Of a stretch of 64,000 nucleotides of DNA, positions 1 through 12,827 are shown in pieces (position 1 is the first letter of the stretch; each line of letters begins with the position of its first letter). This stretch comes from Octopus sinensis. Lineage: Eukaryota. Both the position numbers and the translations under genes were made by a program. The stretch lies in NCBI RefSeq assembly GCF_006345805.1, contig NC_043004.1:59582001-59646000 (forward strand). Reading direction: 5' to 3'. The notes under the pieces were generated by a model that did no database searches, had not been told where the DNA came from, and worked only from the letters and a program-made list of their open reading frames with translations.

Positions 1-1369
1 TCAGAGGGAAATGAAGTGGAACAAACAGACTGAATTGGTGAACTGAACTTACGATATCGAGATTTATAAACATAGTGTTTTGTTTTAGATTTGATCGACT
101 CGATGCTGCTTTTTTTTTTCAGACTAAGAAAAGAGAAAAAGAAAAGTATTGTTTCAGTTGTTTATTTACTATCAGGTACTTCAAACTATCTCATCATTCT
201 ATGTACTCATTCGATAAAGCAGAATGCTATTGGGATAGCATTATCTCCTCATACATTTTGAAGATACTCCATGATGTCAGAATCAGCTCTTGTGACATGG
301 CGTCAGTGCTTGATCTGCGATTATTTAAAGCCCATCGCTTTTATATCAATCGTGCTGCTTTTTCTGTAGTGAATATACTTGCCGAACCACACTGTATTTT
401 TAAAGTTGTAGGTGTGTGATATTCTCATCTAAAATTAGAAAACAAAGTAAGGTATTTAAGCATCATGACCAACCGCATAGAATTTCTGCTACGTGGGATA
501 TATATACATATGTAGAAAAAATTGATTTATATAGTGGAAATTAATAAAAAGAACATGCATTGGTAAATATATATCCTATGCTAGTGACGCAAATATTATT
601 TATAATAGAAAAAATAATAGCAAAAGAACAAACATAATTTATCTTTTAAGGAATATTCAGGGATGATTGTCAATATGTTATTCTCATAAGCGAATTAATA
701 TTCAATAAATTTTGTGGTTCACGAATCAGTCATGAAAGTAGCTTTCTTACTATCACTAAATATATAGAAGTATTTAATCATTTTTTTTTCTTTTTTACCA
801 CATCGATTATATTATTATGAATGTAACCGTTACTTATGTGAAACCTGAGGGAAATGAAATTTTATTTCAGCTGAATATACGCAGTAACATTGAATGCAAG
901 CTCCCGTGCGCGCACGAACACACACATGTAAGCTCACATACCCACCACACACACGCAGCAAGGAGCTAATATCAGTTAGGAAAATATTCCAGTTGTGAAG
1001 ATAATAACTGTAAATATATATAACATCTAGTTGATAATTTAAAGTAACTTTTACTTTACAGAAAGTATTAAAGATAATGGAAGCAATATAAGTCAGAATA
1101 TGGTAATTCCAAATCAGGTTTTATGATGGTGGGTCTGCCAACTCAATTGTAGAGCTCTTGGAATAATTGGTACACGTCGTATATTTCAATTCCAGTCTAT
1201 AATACTGAGAATTCTAATAAACAATATGAATAAGAATAAAAATACTGTAGCGTTAAAATATATTAGTGGATTTAACTGCTTTTCTTTCAATAAAATAAAT
1301 ACGGGCCTATATATCTGCTCCCTCTCACACGCACATATATAATGCACACATGTGTAGTCGCGTGTTGTG

Positions 1370-1515
1370 TGTATATACATATATATGTAAACACGTATGA
1401 ATACATACACACACATATATGTACAAAAATACATATACATATATCTGTATATATGCAGACATATATATATATATACAAACTTTTATATTTATATACATAT
1501 ATATGTATATATATA

Positions 1516-1546
<31 letters not shown>

Positions 1547-1586
1547 AACTTTTATATTTATATACATATATATGTAGATATATATA

Positions 1587-1617
<31 letters not shown>

Positions 1618-1639
1618 AACTTTTATATTTATATACATA

Positions 1640-1702
<63 letters not shown>

Positions 1703-1717
1703 GCATATAAATGTAAA

Positions 1718-1807
<90 letters not shown>

Positions 1808-1815
1808 ATATCTAA

Positions 1816-1869
<54 letters not shown>

Positions 1870-2170
1870 CTCTCTATATATATATTTATGGACGCATGTT
1901 TGTATTTGTGTGGATATGTATGTATATTTCACCATGTTACATTACAATATAAATGCAGAGAGAAAAGTGAATGAGAGAAGAGATTTTGACACACATGTAC
2001 AGATATTTATGCCTATATCTGTTATTCTTTTTAACAAGCTAAAAAACTGTCCTTTATACATTTATATTCATATGTACATATGTATATATCTACATGTATG
2101 TATGTATATATATATTATATATATATATATATATAAATGCATACACAAGTGGTATAAATATGCATAAAGG
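1370..2170. repeat. Compound TA / TATC microsatellite region
   Basis: Long (TA)n and (TATC)n runs visible; they explain the YI/LSIY-rich ORFs. Confidence 0.95.
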
Positions 2171-2689
2171 AATATGTGCATATCAATATCTTCGGTAAAA
2201 TGTATAGGTAGATACGTTTGGTTTATATAAACGTGGGCGTCGTTCTTCTAGTTCAGGAGCCTATAATTAGGGATCATAAATATTGATTGAAAATATCAAG
2301 GCTATAATATATTCGTCACCTACACACACGTGTTTCTTACATTGCCAAATGCATGTACTTATACACACGATATTCAGAAATGTATAAAATGCTATAGAAA
2401 TTTAACTTCTTTGGTATATATGGCACACTAAGTATGTATATATACTACACACAGAGTATTATACAGACATATGTATGTATATATGATGATGTTAATACAC
2501 GTTTATCTATGTATGCATATATATATATATATATATACATATGTGTGTGTGAATATATATATATAATATATATATATATTCATACCTGTGTATGTATGTG
2601 TGTGAGTATATATATATATATACAAAAACACATGCAATAATATATCTACATTCATGTATATATATATTATATATATATATATATATAAT

Positions 2690-2725
<36 letters not shown>

Positions 2726-2810
2726 GTAAATATATATATGTATATTTCTTTTTCTCTATCTCTGTATCGATAACCATATCTATATATACATACATATAAT
2801 TAGATATATG

Positions 2811-2841
<31 letters not shown>

Positions 2842-3443
2842 AATGTATGTGAGTATATATGCATGTGTGTATTTATGTATATGTGAGTACATATGTATAT
2901 GTGCGTGAGTGTGCGTGTTTTTGTGTGTACGTGTACGTACTTATGTAAAAAAAATGTAAGAGAAAAACAGTTAGAAATGAATACAAAGAAATACATAGAC
3001 TTTACGTTACGCTTATCTGTATATAGCTAGGAAGTGTCAAAATGCTTTTTACATCCACTAAAATAAAAAGATAAGATGTTGACATAGAATATAAAAAAAA
3101 AGAAGAATGTAAAGACATCATACATCCCCCCGCCAAAAAAATATTGAGATTGCCCTACAATCCTAGTTTTAACCACACCTGTCAATAAAATATACAGGAT
3201 CAGAAAGATAAATGAGCATTCTTCTAAGAAGCAGGGATAGTACCTAAAATGTGGAGGTTATATTGAAGCTAATAATCAGAGATATGCCATTAAATGCATA
3301 TGGTAAACCGCAGTGAAAGGAGGGATACTGATATATGTATACACATACACAGGCATATCGCATACATACTCAATACATATACACATACATATAGATACCT
3401 ACATAGATACATAATATGTACATACATAGACACACACACACAC

Positions 3444-3499
<56 letters not shown>

Positions 3500-3635
3500 A
3501 TATTATAAATTATATATTATATATATATGTGTATAGATGTCAGTGTAAACACAAATTAAGTATATATATATATATGATATATTATATATTATATATATAT
3601 GTTTGTGTATAGATGTCCGTGTAAACATAATCTAA

Positions 3636-3672
<37 letters not shown>

Positions 3673-3927
3673 ATATATACAGGATGTATATATATGTGCG
3701 TGTGTGTGTATTTATGTACATATGTGTATGTGTATTTTTGTGTATATGTGTGTAATTTGGAATAGTATATCTCGAAGCACACATGTAAATTTATAAATAA
3801 CCGTCTGTATATATTGGGTTGAGAAACCTCTTTGGGTAGAAAGAGTTTAAACAGACATTGACTATTTCAAAAATGAATGATTTCCCCGTTATCACGGAAG
3901 TTTTTGAATTCTAGTGATATCAACAAT

Positions 3928-3975
<48 letters not shown>

Positions 3976-4789
3976 CATATATATATAATTGTATACATAC
4001 GCTACACATATGCACATGTGTATATATACCGTCGTGCTATTGACTATTTTGTAGCTGTATACATATATATGGATGTGGGTGTGTGAGTATCAATCTATCT
4101 CTCAATCTCACTATATCTATTCACACACAAACACATGCACACACACACACACACACACACACAAGCACACACACACACACACATGCACATGCACGCCTGC
4201 AGACGCCTACACATACCCAAACGAGCGCACATTTATTCACGTCAGGCCAATACATTTTCATACATGCATGCGTTTTAGTGGAAATAGGGAAACGAGTCAA
4301 AAGATGGATAAAGAGAGAAAAAGTGAGATGGGAGGAAGAGGAAAGGAATTTAGAATTAGGCATTAGCATAGTTGTGGGAGTAGGAAAGCGAACGCCAATG
4401 CCATTTCATACACATATTGTGTATGTATGTGTGTGTGCGTGTGCGCGTGTGTGTGTATCCATGTGTGTGTGTATGTGTGTGTGTGTATGTGGGGGGTGTA
4501 TTAAAATTGATTGCATTGTTAGATGGAAAGTGAAAATATGTTCAGTCAATTTTCATCATTCTACTTCTGCGAATATGTATGCAAAAGAAGAGTGTTATCA
4601 GGTGCGTAGTCACTCTCCCCCCTCTTATCATACATGCTGAAATTGACGTGCACCTTCCAGCACACATGCACGCGCACACATGTATATATATATGCATGTA
4701 TGTCTCTCTCCCTATGTTTCACAATTTCTGAGTTCTTTTCTCTCTCATTCCATTTTTTTCTCTCTCTCATCTTATCAGTATATTTACCA

Positions 4790-5080
4790 ATATGTATGCA
4801 TGCATGTATGTATGTATGTATGTATGTACGTATGTATGTATGTATGTATGTATGTATGTATGTATGTATGTATGTATGCATGTATGTATGTATGTATGTA
4901 TGTATGTATGTATGTATGTGTGTATATATGTATGTATGCATGCATGCATGTATGTATGTATGTATGTATGTATGCATGCATGTATGTATGTATGTATGCA
5001 TATATGTATGTATGTATCTATCTATCTGTCTATCTATCTATCGATCGATCAATCTTGTATATATGTATGTATATATATAT
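4790..5080. repeat. (TATG)n microsatellite
   Basis: Tetranucleotide run visible. Confidence 0.95.
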
Positions 5081-5081
5081 A

Positions 5082-5395
5082 CAGTGTACATTTAAACACA
5101 TAAGAGGTATCCATCTTAGGATTTCTTTCACGCTAGAAGGAACAGCTAAAGTCCAAACCACTATTAGCGATTAAAAACTCGAAGGGAATGAAAAATGAAA
5201 ACATTTACCATCTATCTCCTGGAACGGAAGTAGAATGATGATATCTGACTGAACTGACTGAGATAGATGGTAAATGTTTTTATATTTCATTCCCTTCGAG
5301 TTTTTATCCCTAATAGTAGTTTGGACTTTAGCGGTTTCTTCTATCGTGAAGAGAATCCTATGATGGATACCTCTTATGTGTTTAAATGTACACTG
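5082..5395. mobile_element. Tc1/mariner-type MITE (foldback, ~135-bp imperfect TIRs)
   Basis: TA|CAGTGTACATTTAAACACATAAGAGG...CCTCTTATGTGTTTAAATGTACACTG|TA; TA on both sides; the two halves are reverse complements; a fragment recurs at ~7169-7215. Confidence 0.85.
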
Positions 5396-5494
5396 TATTT
5401 ATATGAAGTATATATAGTCTATTGACTAATTTTTCTACAAGCTAAGCCACAGGTAGTAAACATTTCTAAAATATTTATTACCCTGATATTATTA

Positions 5495-5534
<40 letters not shown>

Positions 5535-5574
5535 TGTTGTGTGTGTGTGTGTGTGTGTGTGTTGTGTGTGTGTG

Positions 5575-5782
5575 TTTGTGTGTCTGTCTTTGTCCCCCCA
5601 ACATCGCCTGATAACCGATGGTGATGTGTTTACGTTCCTCTAACTTAGCGTTTCGGCAGAAGAGACCGGTAGAATAAGTACTAGGCATCTAAAGAATATG
5701 TTCTGGCGTCGATTTGCTCGACTATAGTCGGTGCTCCAGCATGGCCACAGTCAAATGATTGAAACAAGTAAAAGAGTAAAAG
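5575..5782 (+). mobile_element. SINE family A, 3' half
   Basis: Matches the 3' half of the copies at 28785/29441 (GATGTGTTTACG...CAGTCAAATGATTGAAACAAGTAAAAGA). Confidence 0.8.
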
Positions 5783-5797
5783 ATATATATATATATA

Positions 5798-5992
5798 TAA
5801 CGGGAAAGTTTACGTAAATAAACAAAAGACGAAGGCAGGTGGAGTACAAACAAACAAATGTATTAGTATAGCGCCCAGGAATAGACATAGAAAATGTCTT
5901 TTACGTTTCGAACCTACGCTCTTCGACAGAAAGATACACAGAAAAAAACAAGGAGAGGAAAATTTGCGTGTAGGAGCTAACGATCTATTATG
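5798..5992 (-). mobile_element. Probable Penelope-like terminal-repeat fragment with minimal hammerhead-like motif
   Basis: Unique island in a TA tract; minus strand 5934-5897 reads TCTTT CTGTCGAA GAGC GTAG GTTC GAAA CG TA AAAGA. Confidence 0.45.
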
Positions 5993-6077
5993 ATATATAT
6001 ATATATATATATATAAAATAGAAAGATGATACATACCGCTTCGTCAAGAAACTGATATATATATATATATATATATA

Positions 6078-6282
6078 GGTTTGAAATTTCAGGGCACAAG
6101 GTGAGCATTTTCTAAGCATGGGACTAGTTGGTTACATCGACCTCAGTGTATAATTGGTTCTTATTTTATGAACCCCACAAGGATGAACTCCAAAGTCGAC
6201 CTCGGTGGAATTTGAACTAAGAGCGTAAAGTTGGGCGAAATGTTGCAAAGCATTTTGCCTGGCGTGTTACCGATTCTGCCTC
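6078..6282 (-). mobile_element. SINE family B, diverged
   Basis: Similar to 23821-24055 (AAAGTCGACCTCGG.GGAATTTGAACT). Confidence 0.75.
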
Positions 6283-6864
6283 ACACATAGATATATGTGA
6301 GTGGGTCTCTCTATTTCTATCTCTGTCTCTCCCTCCCTCTCCCTCTCTCTGTTTCAATCCATATACCTACATAGTTTCATATGCACCACCTTTCCCTCGC
6401 CACTCACAGATGTGCACTTAAATGTTATCTCGATGTAACGGCCTTTCGAACAGTAGCAATATTGCAATATTCAAAAGCGTACATATGAATTATAAACGTG
6501 AAAGTTATAAAATTAGTGGTTATTTATAAATAAAACAGTGTTTTAATTTTTATAGGAAATATCATAGATTCAATTAGATAAAATGTAATTGAAAAGTATA
6601 TATAATGCAACTTTTCGAAAGAGTTTTGCATACGAGTCTCTATTGATTACTTCGTTGAACATACAGTTAGTAATAATTCACTTGCTAACTGGTGAAATAT
6701 TTTTCTCTCCGCCAATTCAAATAGGATAATAAGTGGGTCTTTTTAATTATTATTTTTGCGAATTCAGTGATATACTTTTCATGAAAGCATTAAAAGGAAA
6801 ATGAAATTCTAACCTGATTTTTAAAACAAACATAGGACCATTAGTCAATTACGTACAATAGTAT

Positions 6865-6881
6865 GTGATGTGTGTGTTGTG

Positions 6882-6920
<39 letters not shown>

Positions 6921-6959
6921 CGTGCGTGTGTATGTGTGTGTGTGTGTGTGTGTGTGCGT

Positions 6960-7008
<49 letters not shown>

Positions 7009-7244
7009 TGGTTGTGTTTGTGTATTTCTATATATGTATATACATGTGTGAGTGTTTACAGAAAGAAAGAGAGATAAAGTCAGAGAAAGAGGGAGAGAGA
7101 AAGCGAGAGGTCAGAGATAGAAACAAAAAAGAAAATCGCCCTATATAAATGCAATATACATACATGCATAAAGTCCAAACTACTATTAGGATAAAAACTC
7201 GAAGGGAATGAAATATATATTGTATATATATATATACATATTTA

Positions 7245-7342
<98 letters not shown>

Positions 7343-7345
7343 GTA
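6865..7345. repeat. (TG)n and (TA)n microsatellites
   Basis: Direct observation. Confidence 0.9.
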
Positions 7346-8092
7346 TGTAGGAGGGAAGTATAATTGGAACAATGATCATAATAATTATTCTAGTATTTCT
7401 ATAATCACCTGTGCATATATAGAAAAAATATATATACATACATTCATAGTCAGACAGACATCCACACACACACATGCGCGCGCACATATATATAAAATGG
7501 TGGCTGTGCGCATGAGTTTATTTATTTGTTCTATTTAATACTAGGTAAGTATATAGTATTTCCATTTCAGTCGATTATTTACGTTCTATTTATAAATAAA
7601 CATAGAATCATTCAATAAATATTTGATAATGAATAATTTAAAGCGTTCGCTAAAAGTATTAATATAATAACGATTATAATTTATATAATTTATTAGATAA
7701 ATTAATAGCAAGTTATTCAATTTATTTAAAAATATATCGTTCTAAAAATGAATTTTTACTAATTTGAAATATTAAATATCATTGTTACAACGATATGATC
7801 TTACAAATTTGTGTTCCATATTGTGTTGATTTTTCGAAAATTGCTTATTTTCAGCAGCTGTTTCTTCTTTAGTGATTCCAGATTACATTTATCCTTTAAT
7901 GTTGTAATTATTGATGTCATATTTTTACTATAGTATACAATACTGGTTGATTTATAAATATCTGCTAAACATTTATTCCCAGCTAAACGTGGATAACACG
8001 AATTTTGGTGTGGCACACATATAGATCTTTGGTGCAGAATGTACGCTTGTTTGCCAGCGGGGAGACAAATCCTCACAAATCCAACGCCGAGA

Positions 8093-8139
8093 CCACCAGC
8101 TCACGTGATTTCCATCTTCTCCGACCTCATCGGTGATGG
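8093..8139 (-). ncRNA. Type-I hammerhead ribozyme-like motif, copy 1
   Basis: CCATCA-CCGATGA-GGTC ggagaa GATG-GAAA-TCACGTGA-GC-TGGTGG; stem I, core, stem II, palindromic stem III; U16.1 position is G. Confidence 0.55.
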
Positions 8140-8610
8140 ACACTTGGCCGCTAGAGATAGCAGCAACTCATCTCCCCGTCAGTGATATATAGATAACCCG
8201 TTTCTGAGGAGGACCTGACGTTGTGATCAACCAGCCAGCCCATCAAAAGATGTGTATTACCGAGAGAGGTAAAATATATGTATTAGCGCTATTATCGAGA
8301 GGCAAGATTTTATTCCCACCTGGAATTTCGTCTTCCTGCTGGCGAAATAAACAAACGTGCATTGTACACCAAAAGCCTCTGTGGGTATTTCTCTCTTGGT
8401 GTCAGTCAAAGTAAAGTTTGTTCTAGCGGAGTATCCAGGTTTAGCTGGGAATAAATGTTGCCTCTAGGTATTAGTGCTGACTCTGGCGATAATATATATT
8501 TTTTCGACGGGTTGGCTGGCTGGAAGCGAGCCCAGTACCTGTTCAGATTCAGGTTTTCTATGTATCGCTGGCGAGGAGATGCGTTGTTGCTTTCTCTAGC
8601 GGTCGTGCGT

Positions 8611-8657
8611 CCATCACCGATGAGTTCATGGAAGATCGAAATTACGTAATCCGGTAG
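8611..8657 (+). ncRNA. Type-I hammerhead ribozyme-like motif, copy 2
   Basis: CCATCA-CCGATGA-GTTC atggaa GATC-GAAA-TTACGTAA-TC-CGGTAG; AUC cleavage triplet; stem I 3' strand diverged. Confidence 0.55.
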
Positions 8658-9767
8658 TTTCGGCGCTGGAGTTGGTGTGGATTTCTGTCCCCGCTAGCAA
8701 TCTAAATAAACAAGCGTGCATTCTTCGCCAAAAATCTATATTAGTGTTTCTTTCATGGTATCTGCCGCAGTATAGTTTGTTCTAACGGAACATCCACGTT
8801 TAATTGGGAATAAATGTTACCTCTCCGTATTAGCACTATATCTATCGCTAATATATTTTCTGACGGACCATCAAACTCTTCTTCAGTTATATCTTATTTC
8901 TTAAGATTATTATTCCTGGAATATTGCCATTGTTTGTAGCTGTCGACTCCATTGTTTAACAAATAACTAGACTCTAATTTTGACAATATGTTAAGTTTCC
9001 GACTGTAACTTCGAAAGTTTTCATTTCTTAATTTTAATTTCAGCTCTTGATGTCAGCCAAACTTAAACTTCTGTTTAAATTAGGGATACCGAATACTAGT
9101 AAACTTCCCCTCATTTACGCATTCTTCGCTAACGGAGAATGCATAAATGAATGGAATATTTTATCTGTTGGATAATTTCTTCTGCTTATTTGTGCCATAC
9201 TCTCTACAAATTATACGCAGCGTGTTGTCTCTTTGATCTGGCTTGATCTATTTATTCAATAGTCATCATGAACAATGAACCAGAGCCGAGACACCAGCAG
9301 AATACGTTCCTTGTCGGATCACGCTACGTGGGATGTCGGATAACTCTCGGAAATTAATGCGAGTCATGGTATGAGCTTCAATTGTTAACTTCTCATCGCA
9401 GGCACTATAAACAACTGCAGTGCCAATCAAACCGAAGAGTTTTCCGGACCAAAAGTCGTAACACTGCAATTTGTCGTGCCAAATGGGAAGAAATCCAAAG
9501 ACAAATACTTTTTATGCTTTGCAATTCATTCTCTGCTACCATCCTGCTTTCAAAGACACTGGAATTTCCGCAAATTTTACGTCTTCAACATTTCACCGTC
9601 ATCTTGAGTTGCCAAACAGCAGCCCGAGATTTTGTTCTACACTGATTATAGAGTATTCGCAGCTAACGGCAAACTGGGAATCCGATGGATTGGAGTTATC
9701 ACAACCGCACACATCATATATATGTATTCCTTTTGCCTTACGTGTTTTAGTCAGTAGATTGAAAGTA

Positions 9768-9915
9768 GGCTGGAGCACCGTCTTCACCTAATTTTAGTAG
9801 AATAAATCGACGCCAATACTTAGTTCTGTAAGCCAGGTATTTATTCCATCGGTTATTTTTGCTGAATTGCTAGTTTACTGGAGCTAAACTCACCAACACT
9901 GTTTGTCAAGCGTTA
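9768..9915 (-). mobile_element. SINE family A, old 3' fragment
   Basis: GCTGGAGCACCG...TGTCAAGCG resembles the reverse complement of the family A tail. Confidence 0.6.
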
Positions 9916-10005
9916 GATGGATACAAAGGTAGGCAGAAAAATATTTTTACCATATGTGTGTGTAAGTATGTTAGATATGTATATATATATATATCTATGT
10001 CTAAA

Positions 10006-10052
<47 letters not shown>

Positions 10053-10087
10053 ATCTATCTATCTATCTATCTATCTATATCTATCTA

Positions 10088-10165
<78 letters not shown>

Positions 10166-10229
10166 TATATATATATATATATATCACCTGACCGACCAGA
10201 CCATCAGATGTTGCTTCACATCGCTGGTC

Positions 10230-10270
<41 letters not shown>

Positions 10271-10271
<1 letters not shown>

Positions 10272-10552
10272 GAGGCGCAATGGCCCAGTGATTAGGGCAG
10301 AGGACTCGCGGTTTCGATTCCCAGACCGGGCGTTGTGAGTGTTTATTGAGTGAAAACACCTAAAAGCTCCACGACGCTCCGGCAGGAAGTGGTCATCCCT
10401 GCTGTACTCTTTCACCATACTTTCTCCCATTCTTTCTTCTGTTGGCCTGCTCGCTTAGCCAGCGGAGTGGCGTCATTCGAGGGTAAAACAATGCGAACGC
10501 ATTGTGACCAGCGATGTGAAGCAACATCTGATGGTCTGGTCGGTCACGTGAT
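10271..10552 (+). mobile_element. SINE family C (tRNA-like head), tail type 1
   Basis: GGAGGCGCAATGGCCCAGTG (A-box-like), GTTTCGATTCC (B-box-like); body shared with 22034, 23279, 34348. Confidence 0.85.
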
Positions 10553-10776
10553 CACCTCACGTGATATATATATATTATATATATATATATAATATATATA
10601 TATAATATATATATATATATAGATAGATATTTAGACATAGATATATATGTGTGTGTGTTTGAGTATGTGTGCGTATATGCTTATATATACATATATATCT
10701 GTATATATATATATATATATGTTTGTGTGTGTGTGTGTATGCATATACATATGCATATATACATACATGCATATAT

Positions 10777-10809
<33 letters not shown>

Positions 10810-11359
10810 GTTTGCGTATATATATATATATGTATACATATGGAGAAAGGCATGCGTGCACGTATTTGTGTGAATACTCATACAATCACGAATAATATAC
10901 AACGATGCACTCCGATTTTACGATAGAATGCGTGTTTTCCAGCACTCATTCGTATCTATTACCATCCACGCGCATACACGCTCGCACATACCGTCACATT
11001 CAGCCACATGAGAGGGAAAGAATGGAACGCAATAATAGTAATGAATGTGGCAAGAGATTTTTGCACCTAAAGATCCTTTGTGAAGCTGTATCAAAATTGA
11101 AGTGACTTTCTATTTTCACCAGCTGGCATGACGAAGAATTCCTCTGCTAAATCTCATTTCATAACCAATCAGTTTAATATGTTCACTGGTAAAAAGCCAC
11201 TCTTCCGATATGATGTTCATGAGTGAAATATAGCTTGTAATATTCTTTAATCGATATTGTTATAGAGCATCCATATCCGTGATCTTACCTACCTCTGCAA
11301 CGGTGTTGGCAACTGTATTAAATGTATCGTCTGACATGATACCATTAGCACGCATATGC

Positions 11360-11455
<96 letters not shown>

Positions 11456-11598
11456 TATATAGTCACATACATACATGGATATATATATGCACTGCGTTGA
11501 CTCTAAATGCCGTCATCAACTACTCGTATTTCTCGCTTTCTAATGCGCATAGGCACACACACACACTCTCCCCCACCATAAATATATATATATATATA

Positions 11599-11634
<36 letters not shown>

Positions 11635-11635
11635 T

Positions 11636-11686
<51 letters not shown>

Positions 11687-12535
11687 AATATATATGTATG
11701 TATGTATATATATATTATATATGTATGTATATGCATATATTTACATGGATATACGTATGTATATTTTTTTAGTATGAATGTACATATAATGTGCATTGTG
11801 TTGAAAAGACAGGGAACTATGAAATCCAATGTCGTATATTATTTTAGATGACTGAACCCTATTTTGCATGCTTCAAAGTCCTAAATGCGTATACGTAATT
11901 TATATGTAAAGAGACCTGCCTATTAACAAACGCAAGGAATGTCATACGATACGGCCATCATTCCAACTGTAAATGTCTCCATTATTCAAAATATAAATCA
12001 AAATCAAAACCATGTCTTTCTGGTATGTATAGGTAAAGAATTCATGAAGTTGAAAATTTAAAGCAGGCTAGAGACGATAACTTCCTGCGTAACATCCAAT
12101 GAATCAGTGTTCATTCCAAGGAAGATCTATTCTCAAAATAGCTTTCCAATAAATTTCGCCAATATATACATAAAAATCAAACAAACCGAAGGTGTTTTCG
12201 TAGATAACAACTACACCAAAATTAATACCGCGGTGGATGGGAGAGTCGTTCCGATATCGGAAAAAATGCGTTACAGGATTTAATCCTGACCGTTATGTTC
12301 TGAGTTCAAGCCTTGCAGTGCTTATTTTCTTTACTCACCACCATGTACTGGTCGATATTAGTCATACACTAGGGCCGTATTTATAGATTCTTCCGCCAAT
12401 CTGAAATTGCGATATAAACAGTGTCTCACAATGACAAGAGAAGTTTTATTATGTTATGTATTGAAGATTTGCTTCAATAAATGTGTTCCTCCCAGTCCTT
12501 GTTACTTACGTTGAAAATACGTATTCGTTATACGG

Positions 12536-12827
12536 CAGTACTTATTCTATCGGTCTCTTTTGCCGAACCGCTAAGTGACGGGTACATAAACACACCAGCA
12601 TCGGTTGTCAAGCAATGCTAGGGGGACAAACACGGACACACAAACACACACACACATATATATATATATATACATATATACGACGGGCTTCTTTCAGTTT
12701 CCGTCTACCAAATCCACTCACAAGGCTATAGTAGAAGACACTTGCCAAAGGTGACATGCAGTGGGACTGAACCCAGAACCATGTGGTTGGTAAACAAGCT
12801 ACTTACGTTACAGCCACTCCTGCGCCT
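12536..12827 (-). mobile_element. SINE family A
   Basis: Ends CAGCCACTCCTGCGCCT, the reverse complement of the family head; internal CA/TA microsatellite. Confidence 0.85.

Larger units (their letters stand above)
7965..8840. mobile_element. Retrozyme-like repeat: inverted partial monomer plus ~1.4 direct monomers of 359 bp, with two hammerhead folds
   Basis: Direct repeats AAATAAACAA.CGTGCATT at 8345/8704 and GGGAATAAATGTT at 8447/8806 (period 359); 7968-8260 is the reverse complement of ~8490-8820; homologous locus at 29.9-30.97 kb. Confidence 0.65.

Noticed and set aside
180-450. Possible minus-strand exon after acceptor-like TTTTCTAATTTTAG at 429-442, and ORF 75-419
   Set aside because: All frames close within ~35 codons and no product is recognisable; unsupported without transcript data
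1186-5174. Many 60-185 aa ORFs rich in YI/CV/HT/MYVC (also at 10-11.8, 21, 28-29.7, 45-49.9 and 57.5 kb)
   Set aside because: Translations of microsatellites that lack stop codons; no coding evidence
9240-9715. GC-richer unique block with short overlapping ORFs
   Set aside because: No recognisable motif, termini or second copy
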